Part shown: positions 21,462-31,473 of the stretch, piece by piece
Layout of the letters: every line of letters starts with the position of its first letter
Numbering within the stretch: the stretch's first letter is position 1
Assembly: GCA_944332295.1 (NCBI GenBank)
Contig: CALVJR010000001.1
Span: forward strand, 136,598 to 200,597
Length of the DNA: 64,000 nt
Direction of reading: 5' to 3'
Source of the DNA: an uncultured Bacilli bacterium
GTDB lineage: Bacteria > Bacillota_I > Bacilli_A > RF39 > UBA660
The notes under the pieces: model-generated
Databases searched by the model: none
What the model was told of the DNA's origin: nothing
The model's input: only the letters and a program-made list of their open reading frames with translations
Program-made: the position numbers and the translations under genes

Positions 21462-24400
21462 ATGAAAAAAATAATGGATGGAAATGAAGCTTGTAGCTTC
21501 GTATCATACAATTTTACTGATGTTGCAGGAATATATCCAATTACACCCGCATCACCTATGGCAGAGCTAACAGACAAATGGGCAAATGAAGGAAAAACAA
21601 ATTATTTTGGCATGCCAGTAAAAGTAGTAGAGATGGAATCAGAAGCAGGAGCTGCTGGTATGGTTCATGGATCTCTTCAAGCAGGATGTCTAACCACAAC
21701 CTACACAGCTAGTCAAGGTTTATTATTAATGCTTCCCAATATGTATAAAATAGCAGGAGAGTTATTACCTTGTGTAATCAATGTCGCTGCAAGATCAATT
21801 GCAACCCATGCACTATCTATTTTTGGTGATCACCAAGATATTTATGCTGCAAGAGCAACCGGGTTTGCTATGCTTGCATCATCATCAGTACAACAAGTAA
21901 TGGACTTAACTGGTGTTGCTCATCTATCAGCAATCAAAGGAAGAGTACCATTTATTAATTTTTTTGATGGATTTAGAACCAGTCACGAATTACAAAAAGT
22001 TGAAGTAATTGATACTGACAAATTAAAAGAGTTAATTGATCAAAAAGCCTTAGAAGAATTTAGAAATAGAGCACTAAATCCAAGTAGTCCAGTAATTAGA
22101 GGAACATCTCAAAACGAAGATATCTATTTCCAAGCAACAGAAATTAGAAATGAATATTATGATAAAGTACCAGATATCGTAAATGAATACATGCAAGAAA
22201 TTAATAAAATAACAGGAGAAAACTACGCACCATTTAATTATTACGGAAGTGAAAATGCAACAAAAGTAATTGTTGCCATGGGAAGCGTATGTGAGACCAT
22301 CAAAGAAACAATAGACTACCTAAGTAACAAAAGAAGTGACCTAGGATTACTAGAAGTACATCTATATCGTCCATTTAGTGCCAAATATTTCTTAAAAGTA
22401 TTACCAAAATCAGTAAAAAAGATTGCAGTACTAGACCGTACAAAAGAGCCAGGTTCTGCCGGAGAACCATTATATCTAGATGTAGTAAAAACAATTAAAG
22501 AAGTAGAAGGAAAAGTAAGAGTAATTGGAGGACGTTACGGTCTTTCTAGTAAAAATACAACACCAGCCATGATTAAAGGTGTATTCGATTATATGGATAG
22601 AAAAGATGCTCATACTAACTTCACAGTAGGTATTGAAGATGATGTAACAAATCTTTCTATTCCTTATGATAAAGACTTTAAAATACCATCACCAACAACA
22701 GAATTTTTAATCTATGGATATGGTAGTGATGGAATGGTAAGTGCCTGTAAAGACATTATGAAATTAACGGGTACTTATACAAGAGCTAATGTTCAAGGAT
22801 ATTTTCAGTATGACTCAAAAAAATCTGGTGGAATTACTATGTCTCATTTACGAATGGGAACAAAACCAATTAGATCAACTTACTATGTAGAAAATCCATC
22901 CATGGTAGTATGTACAAAAGAGTCTTATTTACAAAAGATGAAAATGCTAGACAAAATTAAAAAGAATGGTATTTTCTTATTAAATACCAATAAAAATAAA
23001 GATGAAATATTAAAAGAAATGACTTCTCATGACAAAAAGATATTACAATCTAGAAATATTAAGTTCTATATTGTCGATGCGGGAAGAATAGCAGCAGATA
23101 ATGGTCTATCTGGAAAAATCAGTGCTATTATGGAAACATTAATCTTTAAATTAGGACGTATTATGGATTTTGATTTTACTATTCAAAAGATGAAAGAAAG
23201 CATCGCAGCAAAATTTGCCAATAAAAGTGGTGGAATTGTAGAAAAGAATCTAAAAGCAATCGATTGTAGTATTAATAGTTTAATCCAAGTAAAATTACCA
23301 GTAGTAGATTATGTAGAAGAGTTTCCTAAGAAAAAAAATATGTTTGAAATCATCAGTAGTATGGAAGGAGATACACTTCCAGTAAGTAGTTTTATGAAAA
23401 ATCCTGATGGTACTTTTGAAGTAGGAACAACCAAACATGAAAAGAGAAACATATCAGACATTATTCCTTGCTACAACAGTGAAAACTGTATCTCTTGTAA
23501 TCTATGTGCTCTAGTATGTCCGCACGCAGTAATCAGACCTTTCTTATTAGATGAAAAAGAAGTAATGGACGCACCAGAAGAGCTAAGAGAAAAATTACTT
23601 CCTGCAAACATCAAAGAACAAGATTTAAAATTTACAATAGGAATTAGTGCTGCAGACTGTACTGGTTGTGGATTATGTGCCAATATTTGTCCAGGTAAAA
23701 AAGGTGCCAAAGCACTAACTATGAAAATAAAAGAAGAATTAGATGAAGAAAAAACAAAAGAAGAATATACTTACTTATTTAATGAAGTAAAAGAAAAAGA
23801 TGTAATGCCAACGACAACAGTAAAGGGAAGCCAATTTAAAACACCAAAATTTGAATTCTCTGGAGCTTGTGCTGGTTGTGGAGAAACACCATATTTAAAA
23901 CTATTAACACAACTATTTGGTGATAGATTAGTAATTGCCAACGCAACAGGATGTTCTTCTATCTATGGTGCATCAACTCCATCTATGCCTTATTCCGTAC
24001 CTTGGGCAAACTCATTATTTGAAGATAATGCCGAATACGGATATGGTATGAAAATAGCGGATGATACAATCAAAGCAAGAATTAAAAAGATAATTACAGA
24101 CAATATAAAATTAGTTAAAAACTCTCAACAAGAAACTTATAAAAACTATGTAGAAAATGTAAATACTGAAACAGCAGAAGAACTATTAAAAGTAATTGAT
24201 GAGACAAAAATAAAGGAATTATTACCATTAAAGAACTTTATAAAACCAAAATCTGTATGGATGATTGGTGGTGATGGTTGGGCCTATGATATAGGGTATA
24301 ATGGTATTGACCATGTTCTAGCAAACAAAGAAAATGTAAATATCTTAGTATTAGATACAGAAGTATACTCAAACACAGGAGGACAAGCTTCTAAATCAAC

Positions 24401-24887
24401 CAGAACAGGAGCCGTTGCGAAATTTGCATCAGCTGGAAAAGAAACTGCTAAGAAAGATTTAGCAAAAATTGCCTTAACGTATCCACATGTCTATGTCGCA
24501 ACTATATCTCTTGGAGCAAATCCTAATCAAACAATCAAAGTATTACAAGAAGCAGAAAGTTATCAAGGACCATCCATAATTATTGCTTATGCACCATGTA
24601 TTGCACAAGGAATTATTAAAGGAATGAAAAACTCTATAGAAGAAGAAAAAGAAGCAACAAGATCAGGTTACTTCCCAATATTCCATTACAATCCTGAAAC
24701 AAAAGAATTTAAAATGGATAGTAAATCAGACTTTACGAGATATGAAGAATTTATATTAGGAGAAGATAGATATCGTTCCTTAGAAAAAATATCAAAGAAT
24801 CATAAAAAATTATTATCAGAAAATAAACAACATGCAGAAGAAAGCTATGAATATTATGAAAGTCTAGCAAATAAAGAAAAAGAATAA
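21462..24887 (+). CDS. nifJ: Pyruvate:ferredoxin (flavodoxin) oxidoreductase
   Basis: YPITP, SEAGAAG, two CxxCxxCxxxCP ferredoxin motifs, GACAGCGE, GGDGWAYDIG. Confidence 0.97.
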   Translation: MKKIMDGNEACSFVSYNFTDVAGIYPITPASPMAELTDKWANEGKTNYFGMPVKVVEMESEAGAAGMVHGSLQAGCLTTTYTASQGLLLMLPNMYKIAGELLPCVINVAARSIATHALSIFGDHQDIYAARATGFAMLASSSVQQVMDLTGVAHLSAIKGRVPFINFFDGFRTSHELQKVEVIDTDKLKELIDQKALEEFRNRALNPSSPVIRGTSQNEDIYFQATEIRNEYYDKVPDIVNEYMQEINKITGENYAPFNYYGSENATKVIVAMGSVCETIKETIDYLSNKRSDLGLLEVHLYRPFSAKYFLKVLPKSVKKIAVLDRTKEPGSAGEPLYLDVVKTIKEVEGKVRVIGGRYGLSSKNTTPAMIKGVFDYMDRKDAHTNFTVGIEDDVTNLSIPYDKDFKIPSPTTEFLIYGYGSDGMVSACKDIMKLTGTYTRANVQGYFQYDSKKSGGITMSHLRMGTKPIRSTYYVENPSMVVCTKESYLQKMKMLDKIKKNGIFLLNTNKNKDEILKEMTSHDKKILQSRNIKFYIVDAGRIAADNGLSGKISAIMETLIFKLGRIMDFDFTIQKMKESIAAKFANKSGGIVEKNLKAIDCSINSLIQVKLPVVDYVEEFPKKKNMFEIISSMEGDTLPVSSFMKNPDGTFEVGTTKHEKRNISDIIPCYNSENCISCNLCALVCPHAVIRPFLLDEKEVMDAPEELREKLLPANIKEQDLKFTIGISAADCTGCGLCANICPGKKGAKALTMKIKEELDEEKTKEEYTYLFNEVKEKDVMPTTTVKGSQFKTPKFEFSGACAGCGETPYLKLLTQLFGDRLVIANATGCSSIYGASTPSMPYSVPWANSLFEDNAEYGYGMKIADDTIKARIKKIITDNIKLVKNSQQETYKNYVENVNTETAEELLKVIDETKIKELLPLKNFIKPKSVWMIGGDGWAYDIGYNGIDHVLANKENVNILVLDTEVYSNTGGQASKSTRTGAVAKFASAGKETAKKDLAKIALTYPHVYVATISLGANPNQTIKVLQEAESYQGPSIIIAYAPCIAQGIIKGMKNSIEEEKEATRSGYFPIFHYNPETKEFKMDSKSDFTRYEEFILGEDRYRSLEKISKNHKKLLSENKQHAEESYEYYESLANKEKE

Positions 24888-24891
24888 AACA

Positions 24892-24924
24892 ATAAAAATC
24901 ACTATTAACCTTAGTGATTTTTAT
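24892..24924 (+). terminator. Terminator after nifJ
   Basis: ATAAAAATCACTA/TAGTGATTTTTAT inverted repeat. Confidence 0.65.
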
Positions 24925-24953
24925 TATGAATAGAAAATAAGAATAAATATATG

Positions 24954-25092
24954 AAAAAAGAAGACACCGGCAAATGTCTTCTTTTACTTTTCATCTAAGA
25001 GGTTGCACCCCCTGAGGGCAACCTCTAAAAAGAATAAAAAGGGGTTGGCTAGTGTGATACTAGCGACCAATTCGCCTAATTCCGAATTGGTA
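24954..25092 (-). ncRNA. Candidate ~140-nt orphan small RNA
   Basis: Minus-strand TTGACA-N17-TAGTAT (25127-25099), three GC-rich hairpins, a final hairpin plus U-tract, no ORF. Confidence 0.55.
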
Positions 25093-25310
25093 GTTCTTAT
25101 ACTAACCGAAAGGACCTAATTTGTCAATAAAAAAATGAAAAAATTTAAAAAAAATAGAAAAAATAAAGCCAAAGAAAAAGAATAGCAACCAGAAAACAAG
25201 TAAGAACTGAAAAAAAGAAAATGTTGTTAATCTTTTTTTCAAAAAATTATAAAAACATTGGAAAAAGAATCAAAAAATATGATATAATATGCCAAGAAGG
25301 AAGTGATAGT

Positions 25311-27305
25311 GTGGCAGAACTAAAAGACGTAAAAGGAATCGGACCCAAATCTCTTGCCTTATTAAATAAAATTAATATATACACAGTAGAAGACTTAGTG
25401 ACACATTACCCATTTCGTTATGAAATATTAAAAAGAAATGACCTACAAGAAGTAGAAGATGGAGAAAAAATTGTAATAGATGGAAAAGTAGAAAGTATTC
25501 CTATATTAATGCGTTTTAAAGCAGGCCTAAATAAAATGAACTTTAGATTAGTAACTCAATCAGGAGTGGTTGGTGTATCTATTTTTAATCGAGCATTTTT
25601 AAAAAGCCAACTAACAGTAGGAACTGGTGTAACAGTAATTGGTAAATTAGACAAAAAGAAAAATGTAATTACTGCCGCAGATATAAAACTAGAAACCCTT
25701 TCAAATAAGATGAAAATAGAGCCAGTATATCATGCAACAAGTGGATTAACAAATAAAAATATTTCTACTTATATTAATATGGCTTTATTGATGTATGGTA
25801 AAGAAATACCAGACTATATTCCTGAAGAGTATATGGAACGATACCATTTTTCTAATAAAAAAACATCACTAAACTTAATACATAATCCTTCAACAGAAGA
25901 AAAATTAAAAGAAGTAACGATTCGTCTAAAGTATGAAGAACTATTTGCATTCATGTTTAAAATAAATTATTTAAAAATAGAAAATAAAAAGAAAAAGCAA
26001 GGACTAGAAAGAAAGATAGATAAAGAGAAATTAGAAAAATTTATAAACGATTTACCTTTTGAATTAACAAATGATCAAAAAACAGCAGTAGATGAAATTG
26101 TTGCTGACCTAGAAGCACCACATCGTATGAACCGTTTATTACAAGGAGATGTAGGATCAGGTAAAACAATTGTCTCTTTTCTAGCAATGATTGCTAATCA
26201 TTTAAGTGGTTATCAAAGTGCTCTTATGGCACCAACCGAAATTCTCGCAACACAACACTATCATAATCTAGAAAACTTCTTAAAAAATACAGATGTAAAG
26301 ATTGCTCTTTTAACAGGTTCTACCGCAAAAAAGGATAAACAAAAAATATATGAAGAATTAAAAGATGGAACAATTAGTATGATTGTTGGTACCCATGCAT
26401 TGATACAAGAAGAAGTACAGTACCATAATTTAGGCTTAGTAATTACAGATGAACAACATCGATTTGGAGTGCATCAAAGAGCAAATCTTCAAAACAAAGG
26501 AAAAAAACCAGATGTCTTATATATGAGTGCAACACCAATTCCAAGAACTTATGCTTTAACTATTTTTGGAGATATGGATGTATCTACCATTAAAGAGCGA
26601 CCAAAAGGAAGACAAAAAATCACAACCGTAGTAAAGAAAAATAGTGAAATTAAAGATGTATTAGAAATGATGTACAAAGAATTAAAAGCAAATCATCAAG
26701 TCTATGTTATTGCACCACTAATTGAAGAAAGTGAAAACTCAGATTTAACAACAGTCTGTAAATTAAAAGATCAAATGAAACTTGCATTTAAAGAACATTA
26801 CAAAATAGATATTGTTCATGGAAAAATGGCAAGTGCTGCTAAAGACATGATAATGAATCAATTTTCTAATAATGAAATACAAATACTAATATCAACAACA
26901 GTAATTGAGGTAGGAGTAGATGTTCCAAATGCAACGACGATGGTCATCTTTGATGCTGACCGCTTTGGCTTGTCAACACTACATCAATTACGTGGTCGTG
27001 TAGGAAGAGGTAGTTCTAAATCTCAATGTATCCTAATTAGTGATAGTGATGCCGAAAGATTAAAGATTATGGAACAAGTAGATGATGGATTTAAAATCAG
27101 TGAAGAAGACTTTAAATTACGTGGTCATGGAGATTTATTTGGAACCAAACAAAGTGGAGATATGTCTTTTAAAATTGCTAGCATAAAATCAGATTATAAA
27201 ATCCTACTACAAGCAAAAAAAGATTCTAAGGAATATCTTCTAAATAAAGAAACAGACAACGACCCTTTAAAAATAAAATTAATAGAATCTATTACCAAAG
27301 GATAA
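25311..27305 (+). CDS. recG: ATP-dependent DNA helicase RecG
   Basis: LQGDVGSGKT, DEQHRFG, SATPIPR, HQLRGRVGRG, RGHGDLFG. GTG start after GGAAGTGA. Confidence 0.97.
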   Translation: MAELKDVKGIGPKSLALLNKINIYTVEDLVTHYPFRYEILKRNDLQEVEDGEKIVIDGKVESIPILMRFKAGLNKMNFRLVTQSGVVGVSIFNRAFLKSQLTVGTGVTVIGKLDKKKNVITAADIKLETLSNKMKIEPVYHATSGLTNKNISTYINMALLMYGKEIPDYIPEEYMERYHFSNKKTSLNLIHNPSTEEKLKEVTIRLKYEELFAFMFKINYLKIENKKKKQGLERKIDKEKLEKFINDLPFELTNDQKTAVDEIVADLEAPHRMNRLLQGDVGSGKTIVSFLAMIANHLSGYQSALMAPTEILATQHYHNLENFLKNTDVKIALLTGSTAKKDKQKIYEELKDGTISMIVGTHALIQEEVQYHNLGLVITDEQHRFGVHQRANLQNKGKKPDVLYMSATPIPRTYALTIFGDMDVSTIKERPKGRQKITTVVKKNSEIKDVLEMMYKELKANHQVYVIAPLIEESENSDLTTVCKLKDQMKLAFKEHYKIDIVHGKMASAAKDMIMNQFSNNEIQILISTTVIEVGVDVPNATTMVIFDADRFGLSTLHQLRGRVGRGSSKSQCILISDSDAERLKIMEQVDDGFKISEEDFKLRGHGDLFGTKQSGDMSFKIASIKSDYKILLQAKKDSKEYLLNKETDNDPLKIKLIESITKG

Positions 27306-27364
27306 AGAAGACTAACATCTTGTTTATCCTTTTTTTAACATGTTATAATAAAAGTGGTGATGTT

Positions 27365-28381
27365 ATGCAAGAAAGTATGAGTGTAGAAGATGTTTTAAAA
27401 GCCTTAAAAGGTAAAATTTATTATTCTAAAGAAAAAAAACAAAAAGAAAGAAATATAGGAATAGAAGATATTTATAAAACCACAATAGTAATCGCTGTAA
27501 AAGACTTAACAGAAGAAAAAATAAATAGTTTAGAAGAATCCTCATTTTTTAGAAAGAATTATCAAAAAAACATCATAACAAACAATATAGATATCAATGA
27601 ATATCATGCACGATTAATAAGACGGTTAAACTCAGAACAAGAGATTAAAGCTTATTCTTTCTTACCAACAGGTCTCGGTCATTATGAAAATAAAAAAGAA
27701 TTAATGAATCAAATAGTAAGACAAGCATTACAAGAAGATAGAAAGTATATCTATGTATATATTGATGATTACGATATAGAAAGTCTAAATAAAAGTTTAG
27801 CGGAAATAACAGAAGAAATGACAAATACACTATTATTAATAATAGGAATAAATAAAGATGAGTCAACTTTAACAATATGGAAGAAAAAAGAAATTATCAA
27901 CGACTGGATTATTAGAAGACCAGAAAGTAATGAATATCGTACATTTAGTAAGATGGCTAAAAACTTTGAAAAATTATATAGAACCAAAAGAAAAGATATT
28001 TTTACAAGTTATGTTCCTTATGAATCAATAGAGTTTAATAGTTTATGTAATCCTCATCAAATGCGAATATTATTAATTTATGAACAAGATAAAGAAATGT
28101 TAGGTTTTATCGAAGCAGAACGAATTAATACAATAGGAAGTTATCGTTATACCCCTGCAAGAATCATAAGAATTCATCGAATATTCGTAGTAGAACATAG
28201 GAGAAGAGAAAAAATAGGAACAAGACTATATCAAGCAGTATTAGATTTCGCAAGAAAAGAAAGATATAGTAGAATCGAAGTTCAAGTTTATAATTTTACA
28301 CCAGAAGCACAAGCCTTTTTCGAATCATTCGGACTAAATATCTTAGCATATCAATATGAAACACCAGTATCAAAAAAATAA
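27365..28381 (+). CDS. Protein with C-terminal GNAT domain
   Basis: IFVVEHRRREKIGTRL..N..AQAFFESFG. Confidence 0.75.
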   Translation: MQESMSVEDVLKALKGKIYYSKEKKQKERNIGIEDIYKTTIVIAVKDLTEEKINSLEESSFFRKNYQKNIITNNIDINEYHARLIRRLNSEQEIKAYSFLPTGLGHYENKKELMNQIVRQALQEDRKYIYVYIDDYDIESLNKSLAEITEEMTNTLLLIIGINKDESTLTIWKKKEIINDWIIRRPESNEYRTFSKMAKNFEKLYRTKRKDIFTSYVPYESIEFNSLCNPHQMRILLIYEQDKEMLGFIEAERINTIGSYRYTPARIIRIHRIFVVEHRRREKIGTRLYQAVLDFARKERYSRIEVQVYNFTPEAQAFFESFGLNILAYQYETPVSKK

Positions 28382-28450
28382 TAATGTCAATTAAGAAAAA
28401 TTTTATCATAAGCAATTGACTTTTTATCAAATATACTTTATTATTAAGAT

Positions 28451-28550
28451 GCGTGATACATATCACGCCGATATCTCTCACGGTGTTTCAATGTGAGAGT
28501 ATATTCAACCGAACCCCCTGAAATTCCCCTCGAGAGAGGGGAATACTTTT
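28451..28550 (+). ncRNA. Candidate ~100-nt small RNA that serves as the integration target
   Basis: TTGACT-N17-TATTAT (28416-28444), hairpins GCGTGATA/TATCACGC and CTCTCAC/GTGAGAG, C-rich linker, terminator ATTCCCCTC/GAGGGGAAT plus T-tract. Confidence 0.55.
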
Positions 28551-28608
28551 GTTTATAAGGGATTTTTAACTATTTTGGATTTATCTAGATACCATACTAG
28601 ATACTAAA
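28514..28608 (+). repeat. attL: left end of element 1, with arm-type repeats at 28584-28608
   Basis: 28514-28550 is identical (37 bp) to 39355-39391. Similarity continues through TCTAGATACCATACTAGATACTAAA. Confidence 0.85.
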
Positions 28609-28630
28609 TTATTTTTTTATTTGAGTTTAT

Positions 28631-29749
28631 TTAAATACTTAGATTTAAATTATCCATAGTATTTTTTACATCAGTTAGATTATTTGGAAACATATGAGCA
28701 TATGTATCTAATGTTTCTTTAGTACTAGCGTGTCCTAAATATTTTGATACAGTTGTTACTGGTTGTCCAGTATTTATTAGTAAAGAAGCACAACTATGTC
28801 TAAAAGAGTGTAGTGGAATTCTTCGGATATCTGCGTTTTTAGCAATCCTACCATTAATTCTAGACATCATACCGAAAGTTAATGGTTCATGTTCTCCGAA
28901 GATAAACCATTTGTCATTGAAGCCATAGTACTTCTTTTTTTCATTGTATAAATCTACTAAATCATTATATAAAACTTCGGTAAGTGGTAAAGTTCTAATG
29001 CTTTTAGATGTTTTAGGTGGAGTTAGTTCATAATACTTTTGACTATCCTTTACACTATTAGCTTGTTTGGTAATAGATACTAATTTATTATTCCAGTCTA
29101 TATCAGACCATTGAAGACCTCTTGCTTCACCACGACGTAATCCACAATAATATAACATTTCAAACATTGCTTTATCATTTAGATTAGTAGTTCCTGTTAT
29201 ATATTTTTGGAATTCTTCAAAAGTGTAAACATCTTTTTCTTCTTTCATTTCATTAGGGTCTTTAAAGAACTCTATTTTTTTATAAAATTTCATTAGATTG
29301 ATATCATACATTTTCATTCCCCAATTAAGAATAATTTTAAGAAATTTTTGAACATCATTTCTAGTAGAACATTTAATAGGTTTATTCCATAAATCTTGTT
29401 GAAATTTATGATATAGATTTCCATCCATATCTTTTAATTTAACATTTTCAAAATCAGCAAAATATCTTCTTCTTTTTAAATATGTTTCCATTGTTCTTCT
29501 TCTAACTTTATTTTTTTGAGATTCAATATATTGGTCGGTTAGTGTACCAAATGTCATATCCATATCTCCACCAAATTCAACCTTACTATTTAAAAACTCT
29601 CTTTCAGCATTCATAGCATCTAATTTAGTTTTATAAGCTTTAGAAAACTTTTTATGCCATTTTCCATTTTTATCTTTTTCATTCCAATAATATTTATATT
29701 TACGACCGTCTTTGGTCCATTGATTTTTTGGTAATTTATATATTCCCAT
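28631..29749 (-). CDS. int: Tyrosine recombinase / integrase
   Basis: GLRRGEA (R), PKT (K), HSFRHS (HxxR), LGHA, TYAH (Y), with an N-terminal arm-binding-like region. Confidence 0.95.
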   Translation of the reverse strand: MGIYKLPKNQWTKDGRKYKYYWNEKDKNGKWHKKFSKAYKTKLDAMNAEREFLNSKVEFGGDMDMTFGTLTDQYIESQKNKVRRRTMETYLKRRRYFADFENVKLKDMDGNLYHKFQQDLWNKPIKCSTRNDVQKFLKIILNWGMKMYDINLMKFYKKIEFFKDPNEMKEEKDVYTFEEFQKYITGTTNLNDKAMFEMLYYCGLRRGEARGLQWSDIDWNNKLVSITKQANSVKDSQKYYELTPPKTSKSIRTLPLTEVLYNDLVDLYNEKKKYYGFNDKWFIFGEHEPLTFGMMSRINGRIAKNADIRRIPLHSFRHSCASLLINTGQPVTTVSKYLGHASTKETLDTYAHMFPNNLTDVKNTMDNLNLSI

Positions 29750-29836
29750 ATTTCATTCCTCCTTTTTTGTTGGGATTTATAAATATACCAGTTCGTAACA
29801 ATTATATTTTATCATACAAACTACGAATATTTATAA

Positions 29837-31219
29837 TCATCTCTCAAAATCATCTTTAGATTTTGAATGTTTTCTTAAATAACTACTAGTTTTATCAATA
29901 GCAAAATCTATATCATTTGCTTCATACCAAGTATATGGTATATGAAGAATATCAAATATTTTAGAAGTTAGTGAGAATATTTTATTTTGAATTTTCTTTT
30001 TAAATATCTTAAATTCATTAGTTATTTCTTCAAATTTATTTTTCCATATATTTATTTCATTATCTTTTTCACTAATAATTTTCTTTTGACTATCAATAAT
30101 TCTATTTTGTTCTTTATAAGTTTTACCTGATTTAAAATCATTAACTTCTTTAGTTAGAAGTTTAATTTCTAAATCCTTTTTAATATTATCTTCAGCAAGT
30201 TCTTTTGAGTAAGTAGATAGATTATCTATATCTTCATCTTTATATTGCTTAATAATACCTTTTTTAATAGGATTTAAGATATCTTTTGATGTTTCTTTAT
30301 CAACTTTATCAATAAATCTATTCTCGGCTTTATTTGCCTCTTTTAATAGCTCATTTTCTTTTCTTATTTCTTTATTTAAAGCATTTAATTCTTTTTGTTG
30401 TTTCATAGCATTAGTTAGATGAGTTTTATCTCCACCAATTTCACCTCTAAATAAGTTATAACCTTTTGACTTAATAAATTCGTTATAATCATCTTGAAGT
30501 AGAGTATAAGAAGCATTACCACCTTTTTGTTTCCAAAATTGATCTGAATTTAGAAATTTACCTTTAACTGTTTCATAGATATTATTTCCATTTTTATCTT
30601 TCTTTTGAATTGGTACTAATTTCTTTTCTCCTTTTTTATTAGTTATTTCGTGTTTTAATTGATGACCATTTTCATCAAGTTCAAATACTTTTCTTTTAAC
30701 TTCATTAACTACTGGAGTAAAATATATATGCATATGTGGAGTAGATTCATCAAGATGTATTGCTGCATATCTTATATTTTCTTTTCCTACAAAATCAGAA
30801 ATAAAGTTTAGACTTTCATCAAAAAATCTTTTTATTTCAGTTGGTAGTTTATGATTTTCATCTATAACAACATGTTTAATTGGTTTACCGGCATTATCTC
30901 CAGTTTTATAAACTTCTCCAGTATCTTTAAATTCCATTCCGTAATGTTCAAAGAATTCTTGACCACTTGTTATGATTAATCCATTCAATACTTTTGTACT
31001 TTTTTTATTTGGGTTATAGTTTATATTATTAGAATAAAGATAATCAAACGTTGAACTTGCTAGAGTAGGTCCATCATAATTTATTAATTCTATATTATAT
31101 GGAGTTCTAGTACTATCATATTTACCAGAACCTTTTCTTTCCTTTAATTCTTTATCAAGTCCACCAATATCTGATGCTTTAAACTTTTCTAATCGTAGTG
31201 CTTGTTTTCCTGAGTACAT
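29837..31219 (-). CDS. MOB_V (Pre/Mob) relaxase
   Basis: IHLDESTPHMHIYFTP (HxDExxPHxH), YDSTRTPYN, LQDDY..RG, C-terminal coiled coil. Confidence 0.88.
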   Translation of the reverse strand: MYSGKQALRLEKFKASDIGGLDKELKERKGSGKYDSTRTPYNIELINYDGPTLASSTFDYLYSNNINYNPNKKSTKVLNGLIITSGQEFFEHYGMEFKDTGEVYKTGDNAGKPIKHVVIDENHKLPTEIKRFFDESLNFISDFVGKENIRYAAIHLDESTPHMHIYFTPVVNEVKRKVFELDENGHQLKHEITNKKGEKKLVPIQKKDKNGNNIYETVKGKFLNSDQFWKQKGGNASYTLLQDDYNEFIKSKGYNLFRGEIGGDKTHLTNAMKQQKELNALNKEIRKENELLKEANKAENRFIDKVDKETSKDILNPIKKGIIKQYKDEDIDNLSTYSKELAEDNIKKDLEIKLLTKEVNDFKSGKTYKEQNRIIDSQKKIISEKDNEINIWKNKFEEITNEFKIFKKKIQNKIFSLTSKIFDILHIPYTWYEANDIDFAIDKTSSYLRKHSKSKDDFER

Positions 31220-31254
31220 TTATTTTGACCTCCTTTCAATGCTTGTTTTAAAAT

Positions 31255-31470
31255 AATACTCTATCTCACTAGGGCATAATATATGCCCAACCGTGAGCTA
31301 AGGAATATTCCTTAGAATCCTTTATGCTTGTAATAGCTAGAGCCAATACCTAATAAATAGGTAAAGGCGTTCGCTATCACAAGATTAATTAAACGATATA
31401 CTATATCATTTAATTAATGGATAATGAATTCACTATCGCCACTTCCAACCTTACAGGTCAGAACGTGCCA
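31255..31470. other. Probable oriT / replication-origin region
   Basis: Non-coding stretch upstream of the relaxase with inverted repeats: GGGCAT/ATGCCC, CTAAGGAATATTCCTTAG, CTTGTAATAGC/GCTATCACAAG, ATTAATTAAA/TTTAATTAAT. Confidence 0.55.
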
Positions 31471-31473
31471 CGT

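Noticed and set aside
28296-28481. 61-aa minus-strand ORF at the integration site
   Set aside because: Overlaps the GNAT gene end and the + strand promoter, with no recognisable features.
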